Positions 8,091 through 16,753 of a stretch of DNA of 64,000 bases are shown one piece after another (position 1 is the stretch's first letter; each line of letters opens with the position of its first letter). The notes beneath the pieces were generated by a model that was not told the DNA's origin, made no database searches, and was given only the letters and a program-made list of their open reading frames with translations. A program made the translations under genes and the position numbers. Source of the DNA: a virus; IMG/VR virus record IMGVR_UViG_3300020429_000529, positions 198,762 through 262,761 of that record. The stretch is one strand, 5' to 3'.

Positions 8091-8494
8091 GCGAAAAGCC
8101 AGGCATCATCAAGATTCGTATGTTTGGATCGCATGATTGCGACGAGTGTACGAAGTTTCGTAAGGCTTTTGGTATCTATTCGATACCTGTTGATTTCATT
8201 GATGCCATGGCTGATGAGAACCAAGAGTTGTGCGATCGGCATGGAGTTGACAAGCTTCCTCATATACAGGCCTTTAGGTCTGGTAGCGACGATATCATCT
8301 ACGAACGGATTGGTTACACATCTCCATTGTCGGTCATCGCAGAGATTGCAGAAGCGAAGGAATCGCAAAGAAGCAACATGACCCTTCAGGGTGTAAGAAG
8401 GCCTTCTCTCGGTCCAAAACTGCCGAAGAGAGGGTACAAGGGTCGAGGATGTAGCGGGTGCCGAAATGCAAAAACAAAAGATCAGTCTGAATGA
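8087..8494 (+). CDS. glutaredoxin/NrdH-like thioredoxin-fold protein
   Basis: CDEC (CxxC) active-site motif near the N-terminus in a thioredoxin-fold-like context (IKIRMFGSHDCDEC...). Confidence 0.45.
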   Translation: MSEKPGIIKIRMFGSHDCDECTKFRKAFGIYSIPVDFIDAMADENQELCDRHGVDKLPHIQAFRSGSDDIIYERIGYTSPLSVIAEIAEAKESQRSNMTLQGVRRPSLGPKLPKRGYKGRGCSGCRNAKTKDQSE

Positions 8495-10379
8495 ACATCA
8501 GGAACGAGCCGTCAATCACACTTGGGGGCCTTGCTTCGTTTCCGCATGTCCTGGATCCGGTAAAACGAGAGTCATCGTTGAGCGTTGCGCTCGATTGATC
8601 TCAGACGGTTTCGACCCAAAGTCGATCCTCTGCATCACGTTTACCAACAAAGCCGCAGCAGAGATGAAGAGTCGCCTGCAAGCCATGATCGGCGAAGAGG
8701 CGAACAAGCTCTACATCTCAACTTTCCATGCCTTGTGCGCGAACATTCTTCGCAAGTTTGGCAGCTATCTCGGCTATGACAAGAACCTCTCGATCCTGAC
8801 GCCTGATGATTCTGAATCATTGATGGCGCAGTGCGCCCGAGGTCTTGAGTATGAGCTTCAGACCCGAGATGTCCGCAAGATTATCTGGCAGTCAAATGAC
8901 GCCAGAGAGAAGCTTGTTGATGTTGATACGAGCGAGTTCGATAGCTTCTTCCAGGCTCCGTTCGAAGCAAGGATCGCCAGAGAGTATCTTGATCGCATGA
9001 GGAAGGCGAATCAGATCGACTTCAGCGGTCTTCTCTCCGAAACCATCCGTCTTCTTGAGAAGGACTCAGAGATCCTTGAGAAGCTACAGGACCGCTTCGA
9101 GCTTATACAGGTCGATGAGGCGCAAGATACGAACCTTGCTCAGTTCAAGATCGTTGAGATGCTCGGCGAACATACGAACGTCCTCATGGTCGGAGATCCG
9201 GATCAGTCGATTTACGGTTGGCGCGGCGCTCGATTCGAGAATATCGAAGACTTCATCGTCAACTTCAGCGCCGATGTCATCCGTCTTCCGTTGAACTACA
9301 GATCAACCAAGAAGATAGTTTCGACTGCATCGAGACTAATCAGTCACAACGAAAATCGAGAAGAGGTTGATTTCGACACGATCAATCCCGATGGACGAGA
9401 CGTTGACTGCTTTATCTTCCGCAACCCCGATGAAGAGGGTTCATGGATTGCTCATGCTATCCGAACTCTGATGGGGCGTCATGGGTACAAGCCTCACGAT
9501 TTCGCTGTTCTGTATCGAGCGAACTCGATGTCGAGAGCTATTGAAACGGGATTGCTTGGGGCTGGCATTGATTACGAGGTCATTGGATCTCGTAGCTTCT
9601 TTGATCGCATGGAGGTCAAGGATTCGCTGTCAATGCTCAAGTTTTATGCGAACCCGAAAGACGGTATCGCTCTCAATCGATTCATCAACAAGCCAACTCG
9701 ACGCATCGGACAGGGTACTGTTGCCAAAATCGAGAAGTATGCGAATGACCATAAGATCGATCTCATCGAGTCTATGGGCAAGGCCGACCAGTATATCAAC
9801 GGGGCAAACAGCAGCACGATCAAAACCGAACTGAAGCGAATATCAGGACTGTTTGCCGCAGCGCCCAAGGGCGATATCGGCTCGCTCATGCAGCATCTTG
9901 TGAGCGGTATGAACTATGTCAAGTATCTTGAAGAATACGATGACAAGGGCGTTCGCAACAGGCAAGATAACCTCGAAGAACTCTACAACTCTGCTTCGCA
10001 GTTCAAGGGCGATGCCTCTGCATACTTGAACAAGATTGCTTTGCAGAGCGCTTCTGACAAGGAGTCTGTGGACGACTGCGTTTCGCTGATGACTATCCAT
10101 GCTTCCAAGGGGCTTGAGTTCCCGGTTGTCTTCATGCCCTGCATGGACGAGGGAAGCATGCCGAGCAGCCTGGCGCTACAAGACAGAGATAACAACGCTG
10201 AAGAAGAGAGACGTTTGGCATACGTCGGTATGACGAGAGCCAAGGAGCATCTCATCTTCTCATACCCATCTACGCGCCTTAAGAGGGGTCGCAGGGGAAC
10301 GTTCCCGGTCAATACTCAGCCGAGCCGTTTCCTCAAGGAATGCGATGTTCTTGAACGGGCGAAGAGGATTAATCCATGA
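8466..10379 (+). CDS. uvrD: UvrD/Rep/PcrA-family superfamily 1 DNA helicase
   Basis: Walker A is ACPGSGKTRVIVER. Also ITFTNKAAAEM, QVDEAQDTN (motif II), LNYRST and TIHASKGLEFPVVF (motif V/VI). Confidence 0.85.
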   Translation: MQKQKISLNEHQERAVNHTWGPCFVSACPGSGKTRVIVERCARLISDGFDPKSILCITFTNKAAAEMKSRLQAMIGEEANKLYISTFHALCANILRKFGSYLGYDKNLSILTPDDSESLMAQCARGLEYELQTRDVRKIIWQSNDAREKLVDVDTSEFDSFFQAPFEARIAREYLDRMRKANQIDFSGLLSETIRLLEKDSEILEKLQDRFELIQVDEAQDTNLAQFKIVEMLGEHTNVLMVGDPDQSIYGWRGARFENIEDFIVNFSADVIRLPLNYRSTKKIVSTASRLISHNENREEVDFDTINPDGRDVDCFIFRNPDEEGSWIAHAIRTLMGRHGYKPHDFAVLYRANSMSRAIETGLLGAGIDYEVIGSRSFFDRMEVKDSLSMLKFYANPKDGIALNRFINKPTRRIGQGTVAKIEKYANDHKIDLIESMGKADQYINGANSSTIKTELKRISGLFAAAPKGDIGSLMQHLVSGMNYVKYLEEYDDKGVRNRQDNLEELYNSASQFKGDASAYLNKIALQSASDKESVDDCVSLMTIHASKGLEFPVVFMPCMDEGSMPSSLALQDRDNNAEEERRLAYVGMTRAKEHLIFSYPSTRLKRGRRGTFPVNTQPSRFLKECDVLERAKRINP

Positions 10380-10672
10380 ATGGAGTCGAGAGTTTCATGT
10401 CGTCGTTAGATGCGGACAACAAAGTTCACAAGCTAATGGTCCATGCGGCGACAAACTATCTTGTTACGACGATCAAGTTTTTCGATATCAGTCGTCATGA
10501 GTTCGGTCCACAAGTAACTCGCATTGTGATGGAGATGCATCAAGTTCTTGACGAAAGCGGGTCGATAGAGGTTCTGTGGGAACTTTACGCAGAGCTTGTA
10601 GCCGCTTGCAAGACAGAGGGACTCGATATCACAATGGTTCCATTGAGGGCATTCGGCTGCAGCATCCATTAG
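10376..10672 (+). CDS. hypothetical protein
   Basis: 98-aa ORF, start overlaps uvrD stop. Confidence 0.35.
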   Translation: MNGVESFMSSLDADNKVHKLMVHAATNYLVTTIKFFDISRHEFGPQVTRIVMEMHQVLDESGSIEVLWELYAELVAACKTEGLDITMVPLRAFGCSIH

Positions 10673-10681
10673 GAGGGCTGC

Positions 10682-10987
10682 ATGAACGTCTATGACGAGA
10701 AGATGAGAGAGGCAAGTCGTGAGTTTGTCCGAGCATATCTGAGATTCTACTTCGAGTTTTCGTTTGTTGCTGGCGAAGAGGGAGAGTATCCCGTCAATCT
10801 TGTTGCCGAAGCAAATGACTATCTCATGAAGATCGAAGACGAGAACACATCGGATCATGAACTCGTTGGCATTTACCAGATGGCGCTTACAAGTCTTGGA
10901 AACTCTGGCAATATCGAGGGTTACAACGCTCTGCCAGTACGGTTTTTGAGAGATGACACAGGGATTCCGTATGGGGCAAGTTTTTAG
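10682..10987 (+). CDS. hypothetical protein
   Basis: 101-aa ORF. Confidence 0.35.
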   Translation: MNVYDEKMREASREFVRAYLRFYFEFSFVAGEEGEYPVNLVAEANDYLMKIEDENTSDHELVGIYQMALTSLGNSGNIEGYNALPVRFLRDDTGIPYGASF

Positions 10988-11975
10988 CGAACCAGGCAAG
11001 TTTGACATCTACGTTGGCGATCCGCGAGAAGTATTGCCCGAGTCATTCGAGAAGCAGAGCGTTCATTGTTCTATCACAAGTCCTCCGTACTGGAAGCAGC
11101 GAACATACGGGCACGACGGAGAGATAGGCAATGAGCCAACTCTCGAAAGCTACCTCGACAACGTATGCGGTGTCTTTGATGCTGTTCGACCTGTGCTTCG
11201 CAACGACGGCACGCTCTTTGTGAACATCGGAGATAAGGTTGATGATGGTCAATGCCTGAACATTCCCTTCATGTTTGCTGAAGAGATGAAGCGTCGAGGA
11301 TGGTTTCAGAGACAGTGGATGCCCTGGTTGAAGCGTAACGGCATCCCCAAGGGAGGGCCATCCAAGCCCAACGACAATCTCGAAGTCATCCTCATGTTCT
11401 CGAAAACGAAGGGTAACTATTACTACGATCAGTTGTCGGCGAAAGAACAGGCAGGCTTGACGACTCGTATGTTCCGTAATGGCGATTCGATCACGCTTGA
11501 TCCAGAACCCGATTATTGGGTCTTCGACGTTCTGACTCGCAAGAACTTCTCGCCGCATTTCTCGACGTTTCCGCCGCTCTTGGCAGAGATCATGGTCAGA
11601 GCAGGCACGAGCGACGAGGGCGTTCACCCGACGACAGGCGAGCCCGCTGTCCGCAAGGTAGAGAAGCGTCGGTACGCAACAAGATCTGGTACAAAGTCAA
11701 AAGAAGACAAGAGCGGTATGGCGTTCCGAGACAAGGGTCGTCATATCACAGAGTTCAGCACTCTTGGGTGGGAGTTTTCTCAGCCGATCAAGGTTGATGA
11801 GATGAGTAAGCCCATTGTTCTTGATCCGTTTAGCGGTCTTGCGACAACCGGAGTGGCTTGTATGGATCACAGAAGGTTCTACAAGGGAATCGAGCTTGTT
11901 GAGGAGTTTGCTCAAGAGGGACGAGACAGGCTGTTGACCCATAATCCGCCGGATGTTTTCGATGACGTTCAGTAA
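10953..11975 (+). CDS. DNA methyltransferase (amino-MTase of the N6A/N4C type, beta-class motif order)
   Basis: SPPY motif IV (ITSPPYW) lies upstream of FDPFSGLATTG motif I. No adjacent restriction endonuclease is recognisable, so this looks like an orphan methyltransferase. Confidence 0.8.
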   Translation: MTQGFRMGQVFSEPGKFDIYVGDPREVLPESFEKQSVHCSITSPPYWKQRTYGHDGEIGNEPTLESYLDNVCGVFDAVRPVLRNDGTLFVNIGDKVDDGQCLNIPFMFAEEMKRRGWFQRQWMPWLKRNGIPKGGPSKPNDNLEVILMFSKTKGNYYYDQLSAKEQAGLTTRMFRNGDSITLDPEPDYWVFDVLTRKNFSPHFSTFPPLLAEIMVRAGTSDEGVHPTTGEPAVRKVEKRRYATRSGTKSKEDKSGMAFRDKGRHITEFSTLGWEFSQPIKVDEMSKPIVLDPFSGLATTGVACMDHRRFYKGIELVEEFAQEGRDRLLTHNPPDVFDDVQ

Positions 11976-12336
11976 TCACTACGACTATTACAGGGATAAA
12001 GCCTCGGATTGGTTCTATGAGAACGGCATCGAAGAGTATGTCGAAGCAACGACCATCGGAGACCCTTTGCCGGTTTACATGGCCAGAGTTGGCGACGAGT
12101 GGATGAGGATAACCTGTCACGAAATGGGGATAGAGATGGCTTACGGAAACATCAAGAAGCTCAAGACATCTGACGATCAGGTTGTCGAGATGGAGCAGCA
12201 CGATCCCAAGAAGGGCACGATGTCTATCCGAGATGTGGCTGAAGCCAAGCAGAAGGCAGAGAAGAAACGAAAAGACGAGGAAGAGCATCGCCTATCGAGA
12301 GAGGCGTCTCGGGGCGAGTTCATTGAACTTGATTGA
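11953..12336 (+). CDS. hypothetical protein ending in RGEFIELD
   Basis: 127-aa ORF. Its C-terminal octapeptide is shared with the next gene. Confidence 0.4.
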   Translation: MFSMTFSNHYDYYRDKASDWFYENGIEEYVEATTIGDPLPVYMARVGDEWMRITCHEMGIEMAYGNIKKLKTSDDQVVEMEQHDPKKGTMSIRDVAEAKQKAEKKRKDEEEHRLSREASRGEFIELD

Positions 12337-12770
12337 TGAAGATTGCGCTACCAGGCAAGACTGATGTCCTACGAGTTGGATCGGACCCCATTCTGTTGAG
12401 CAGAATGAAGGGCGTTCATGTGGACTTCGATGGTAAGCGAGTTTTGTATCAGGCGTGGGTCGTTACGAGCGATCACAACAAGCTCAAGCCTCCCATGAAG
12501 AACGTCATCGCAACCGATTCGTTCGAGATTCAGTCTGCTGGTACTTTTACGTCTGACAACGTATCGCATCCGTGCCATGTCCATCGGGCTGTTTATCACG
12601 CTGCAAAGCATATGTATCTTGTCGAGTTCACGTGCGGGCTCGATATGGAATCTGATCTGAAACCTACAACCATACAAAAAGGCATGTCGAATACACCGAA
12701 TACTGAAACAGACATAGCCGTTAAGGATGTTGCTGATAATGGCAGAGGAAACTTCATCGAGTTCGACTAA
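12333..12770 (+). CDS. hypothetical protein ending in RGNFIEFD
   Basis: 145-aa ORF. The C-terminal motif is similar to that of the preceding ORF. Confidence 0.4.
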   Translation: MMKIALPGKTDVLRVGSDPILLSRMKGVHVDFDGKRVLYQAWVVTSDHNKLKPPMKNVIATDSFEIQSAGTFTSDNVSHPCHVHRAVYHAAKHMYLVEFTCGLDMESDLKPTTIQKGMSNTPNTETDIAVKDVADNGRGNFIEFD

Positions 12771-13515
12771 GAGTATCAACGAACTCTCGGGCGCTCACAA
12801 AGAGCAGATGGCCTTCATTCTCGGAGCGGGGCCATCTCTACATTTCCAGGACTTAGAACCGCTTCATAACTATGTCACCTTTGCTGTCAATTCTGGTCTC
12901 CTAAAGATGCCAGATTGCGATTACTTTGTGACAGATGATGGCGCTGCGGCAGATTGGAACTACTTCAGAGACACCGCCAAGAATAGCCATTGCAAGAAGC
13001 TTCTTTTCCGCGCCAAGCTAAAGAAGTCGGCATCTCACTTTCGCCAAAATGAAGTCTTCTGGTACGATCATGTCAGAGAGCATAGCCCTGACTTTGACGG
13101 AGCCAATCTGAACGGCTATGAAATGGGACCAGTCAATCCTCTCATGGCCGCAAGAACCTCAGCAGGGTCAGCGGTACATGCTGCGCACATCATGGGGTGT
13201 AGTCCGATTGTTCTTCTCGGATGCGATTCGTGTCATAAGTACGGCAAGCGATATTTCTGGCAGTTCCCCAAGGAAGAGAAAGCGTACCGAGTCAATGATT
13301 CTCGACCGCCTTGGACAAAGGCTGACAGAGGCCAGCTTAGGGGCAAGCCGGTTGACCAGCATTGCATAGATTTCGATGTCTATTGGAAGCGAGTTGCCAA
13401 GGCCAATCCTGGTGTAAACATCATCTATGCGTCAGAGGGTGGACTGATTGATGCGTTCCCGTCGATGAAGCTGACAGAAGTGTTAGCGGAATACGGCGGG
13501 CGCACCAAGCAATGA
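12727..13515 (+). CDS. GT42/DUF115 (MAF, CstII-like) putative nonulosonic-acid (sialyl) transferase, paralog 1
   Basis: An N-terminal GAGPSL motif and an LLGCDSCH motif resemble CstII GNGPSL ... LSGIDFY. It is a tandem paralog of the next gene. Confidence 0.5.
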   Translation: MLLIMAEETSSSSTKSINELSGAHKEQMAFILGAGPSLHFQDLEPLHNYVTFAVNSGLLKMPDCDYFVTDDGAAADWNYFRDTAKNSHCKKLLFRAKLKKSASHFRQNEVFWYDHVREHSPDFDGANLNGYEMGPVNPLMAARTSAGSAVHAAHIMGCSPIVLLGCDSCHKYGKRYFWQFPKEEKAYRVNDSRPPWTKADRGQLRGKPVDQHCIDFDVYWKRVAKANPGVNIIYASEGGLIDAFPSMKLTEVLAEYGGRTKQ

Positions 13516-14261
13516 ACCTCAAAGACCTCGAAGACAAGCATAAGGGCAAACTCGGGTTTGTAGTAGGAGCAGGGCCATCGCTCCATTTTCAAGATGTTGA
13601 GCCCCTTAGCAACTACGTCACAATAACCGCAAACTCGGGTATTCTCAAAATTCCAGATTGCGACTACTTCGTCAGCGATGACGAAGGCGTTCGCCATTGG
13701 AACTACTACAGAGTCACAGCCAAAAACAGTAAGTGTACCAAGCTACTGTATCGAGCCAAGCTCGGAGATCATATCGGGCACTTCAAGCCCGAAGAGGTTT
13801 TGCTCTTTGATCACAAATCCTGGTATGAGCCAAGCAAAAGGGCATGGAAAGAAGGCGGCGGAACGATGACCAAGGATGCCGAAGCACCGATTATTGGCGC
13901 TCGGACATCTCTTGCAACCGGCCTTCATTGGGCTCACATTATGGGTTGCGATCCCATCGTTCTTCTCGGGTGCGATTGCTGCTACAAGGGTCGTAACCGT
14001 TACTTCTGGCAGTTCCCTGGTGAAACCAAGGGATACCAGATGAATAACCGACCTGTCTTTTCTACTCCGAATCGAGGGTTGAAAAAGAACAAGCCGGTCG
14101 ATAATCACTGTGTTGACTTCCTTGAGTATTGGAAGAAGCTCGCCGAAGAAGCCAAAGGCGTTGCGAACATCATCTACGCATCAGAGGGCGGCATCCTTGA
14201 TGTCTTTCCTTCGATGACTCTGGTTGAGGTTCTTGAGAAGTACGGAGATAGGACCAAATGA
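13512..14261 (+). CDS. GT42/DUF115-like putative sialyltransferase, paralog 2 (tandem duplicate)
   Basis: GAGPSLHFQDVEPLSNYVTITANSGILKIPDCDYFVSDD and LLGCDCCYKG are highly similar to the preceding ORF. Confidence 0.5.
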   Translation: MNLKDLEDKHKGKLGFVVGAGPSLHFQDVEPLSNYVTITANSGILKIPDCDYFVSDDEGVRHWNYYRVTAKNSKCTKLLYRAKLGDHIGHFKPEEVLLFDHKSWYEPSKRAWKEGGGTMTKDAEAPIIGARTSLATGLHWAHIMGCDPIVLLGCDCCYKGRNRYFWQFPGETKGYQMNNRPVFSTPNRGLKKNKPVDNHCVDFLEYWKKLAEEAKGVANIIYASEGGILDVFPSMTLVEVLEKYGDRTK

Positions 14262-14962
14262 TAAACGACCGCAGAGTCCTTGCAATCATACCGGCACGAG
14301 CCGGATCTAAAGGCGTTCCTGGTAAGAACTATCAAGACCTTGCAGGCAAGCCTCTTATTTCATGGAGCATCGAGGCCGCTATCAAGAGCGAGCTTATTGA
14401 TGCTATTTGCGTCACGACCAACTGCGATGAGTGCGCGAAGATCGCCAAGCGATACGAGAAGGATCATGTTATTACGATCCGTCGTCCCGAAGATCTTTGT
14501 TCGGCTACATCAAGAACAGAAGATGCCATGTCTCATGCCGTGGCATGTCTTGGCGAGAAGTGGGGATATGTCTGTCTGCTTCAGCCAACATCTCCCGCTC
14601 GTCCTCGAAGGCTGATCGATCGGGCCATCATGAAGATGATCGATACGGAGTCGGACAGCGTTATCACGGTAACATCAGAGACGCCTTTCTTTTGGCGAGT
14701 TACTCCCGATGCTCATCAGCCCTACCCGCTGTATTCCAATATCCGCCGTCCCATGCGTCAGGATCTTGACGACTCAGAGATGTTCTATCACGACAACGGC
14801 AACTTTTACGCCGTTGAAGGAGAGTTGTTGAGAGAGTATGGACGGATTGGAAGGAAAACCGCTCTTCAGGTAACGACTAAGTATGAAAGTATGCAAATAG
14901 ATACTGAAGAAGACTTCGCTGTTATGAACTCGATGGCGGAGGTATATGGCCCCCTGATCTAA
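14258..14962 (+). CDS. neuA: acylneuraminate (CMP-nonulosonate) cytidylyltransferase
   Basis: AIIPARAGSKGVPGKNYQDLAGKPLI is the N-terminal signature of the CMP-NeuAc/CMP-Kdo synthetase family. Confidence 0.7.
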   Translation: MINDRRVLAIIPARAGSKGVPGKNYQDLAGKPLISWSIEAAIKSELIDAICVTTNCDECAKIAKRYEKDHVITIRRPEDLCSATSRTEDAMSHAVACLGEKWGYVCLLQPTSPARPRRLIDRAIMKMIDTESDSVITVTSETPFFWRVTPDAHQPYPLYSNIRRPMRQDLDDSEMFYHDNGNFYAVEGELLREYGRIGRKTALQVTTKYESMQIDTEEDFAVMNSMAEVYGPLI

Positions 14963-14972
14963 GGGAGAAAAC

Positions 14973-15845
14973 GTGGAATACCCAACCCCTAATGTCATTG
15001 CCGAGATTGGCTGCGTGCATCTCGGTAAACCTGAAAGAGCTAAAGAGCTATGTAAGCTGGCAAAGCTTTGCTCCGCAGATTACGTCAAGTTCCAAAAGAG
15101 GAATCCCGAAGAGAGTACGCCTGTTCATATGAGGGACAAGCCTCATCCGAACAAGATCTTTGCTTACGGCGAGACTTACCTTGAGCATCGCCAGAATCTC
15201 GAACTCAGCATCATTGAGCATGCGGAGATCAAGCAGTTCTGCGAAGATATCGGTATCGGTTACTCGACATCGGTCTGGGATCTCACTTCAGCAAAAGAGG
15301 TCGTAGAGCTTGACCCCGAGTTTGTGAAGATCCCGAGCGCTTGCAATCAACACTATGAGATGCTGAAGTATCTCGTTGACAACTTCAAGGGCGATATTCA
15401 TGTTTCAACGGGCATGACTGATCGAAATGAGATGCAAGCTCTTCGCGAGTTTGTAGGTCAGAATCCCGATCGCTTTGTTGTCTACCATTGCACGAGCAAG
15501 TACCCATGCGAGTTTGATGATCTTCACTTGCTTGAGATAGAACGTCTCAAAAGCGAATGGAAGACCCGCATTGGTTTCAGCAACCACGGTAAGGGTATCG
15601 CTGCGGATGTAGCGGCATACATGCTTGGCGCAGAATGGATCGAGCGACACTTTGTTGATGATCGAACAATGCGTCATACTGATGCTGCTGCGAGTCTTGA
15701 GTCGCCCGGATTGCAGAGGCTCTGCAGAGACTTGAGAGCGATCCGTCGTGCATTGGTAAATCGGCCAGATGAAATGGACGAAGAAGAGTTGCTGCAGCGG
15801 CACAAGATGAAGTTCCACGGAGACAGTTATGGGTCTGGACATTGA
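14973..15845 (+). CDS. neuB: NeuB-family nonulosonic acid (sialic/legionaminic/pseudaminic) synthase, TIM-barrel core only
   Basis: IAEIGCVHLGKPERAKELCKLAKLCSADYVKFQKRNPEE matches the NeuB N-terminus. There is no C-terminal SAF domain. GTG start. Confidence 0.7.
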   Translation: MEYPTPNVIAEIGCVHLGKPERAKELCKLAKLCSADYVKFQKRNPEESTPVHMRDKPHPNKIFAYGETYLEHRQNLELSIIEHAEIKQFCEDIGIGYSTSVWDLTSAKEVVELDPEFVKIPSACNQHYEMLKYLVDNFKGDIHVSTGMTDRNEMQALREFVGQNPDRFVVYHCTSKYPCEFDDLHLLEIERLKSEWKTRIGFSNHGKGIAADVAAYMLGAEWIERHFVDDRTMRHTDAAASLESPGLQRLCRDLRAIRRALVNRPDEMDEEELLQRHKMKFHGDSYGSGH

Positions 15846-16317
15846 TAAGGTCAAGATGTTTGCGGTCGATGTTGATGGAACGCTCACAAACGGTCTCTAC
15901 ACCGTGGACGAATCAGGCATCGTTTCCAAGAGCTTTCATACCCGAGATTTTTACGCGCTCAATCGAATGAAGCAGCTTGGCTTCACGATTGTCATCATCA
16001 CATCAGCGCAAGATACTGTCATCGAAGAGAAGTGCCGTCCATTCGATTTCCTTGTCTATACAGGTGTTGAGAACAAGGCCGAAGAGATGGGCCGCATCCT
16101 GAAAGCTCACAAGATGAAGTGGGAGAATCTTGGGTATATCGGAGACGCAGAGAACGATCTTGAGTGCATGTCACATGCGGCATTCACAGGATGCCCTCTG
16201 GATGCAATCCCCGAAGTTGCAGAAAGTATCAATTATCAGTCTGTCCAGCACGGCGGGCACGCTGCTGTCTATGACATTATGCGTAAGTATTGCGATTACG
16301 CTGCTCTCGACTGGTGA
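15829..16317 (+). CDS. KdsC-like HAD phosphatase (nonulosonate-9-phosphate or KDO-8-P phosphatase)
   Basis: FAVDVDGTLTNG (DxDGT motif) and GDAENDLECM motif III. Size and layout are typical of KdsC. Confidence 0.7.
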   Translation: MGLDIDKVKMFAVDVDGTLTNGLYTVDESGIVSKSFHTRDFYALNRMKQLGFTIVIITSAQDTVIEEKCRPFDFLVYTGVENKAEEMGRILKAHKMKWENLGYIGDAENDLECMSHAAFTGCPLDAIPEVAESINYQSVQHGGHAAVYDIMRKYCDYAALDW

Positions 16318-16342
16318 AGACGAAGTAAGGTAGAATGTAGCC

Positions 16343-16753
16343 ATGTCAGAGTTTCACACGGTTCAGACCGAGTTTCTGCAGGACAATGAGGGAGCCTTGA
16401 TAAAGGCTCTGCAAGACATTGGGTACGAGCCCATTGTCTACGAAGACGCTGTTCATCTCGAAGGATACAGGGGAGACAAGAGAGAGCAGAAGGCTCACAT
16501 TGTCATTCCTCGCAAACAGATCAGCAACGCCAGCAACGATATCGGATTCGAGCGATTGGAGAACGGCAAGTACCGTCTTCATGTTTCTGAGTTCGATGAG
16601 ACTGGCTGGAAGAAGCAGTCTGAGAAACTGGTTCAGTATTACGGCAAGGCTGTTGTAGAGTCGATCGCTGAGTCTTCTGACTACTCGATGGTTGAGGAAG
16701 TTGAGGACGAAGATGGCACCATCCGTATCCGTATGCGGATCAACGAGTATTGA
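16343..16753 (+). CDS. DUF1257-like protein
   Basis: MSEFHTVQTEFLQDNEGALIKALQDIGYEP...GYRGDKREQKAHIVIPRKQ...DIGFERLENGKYRLHVSEFD matches the pattern I recall for the DUF1257 family. Confidence 0.4.
   Translation: MSEFHTVQTEFLQDNEGALIKALQDIGYEPIVYEDAVHLEGYRGDKREQKAHIVIPRKQISNASNDIGFERLENGKYRLHVSEFDETGWKKQSEKLVQYYGKAVVESIAESSDYSMVEEVEDEDGTIRIRMRINEY

Noticed and set aside
12727-14261. Tandem paralog pair as a possible assembly duplication artefact
   Set aside because: The copies have diverged to roughly 70% nucleotide identity, with many nonsynonymous differences. This is a genuine ancient duplication.
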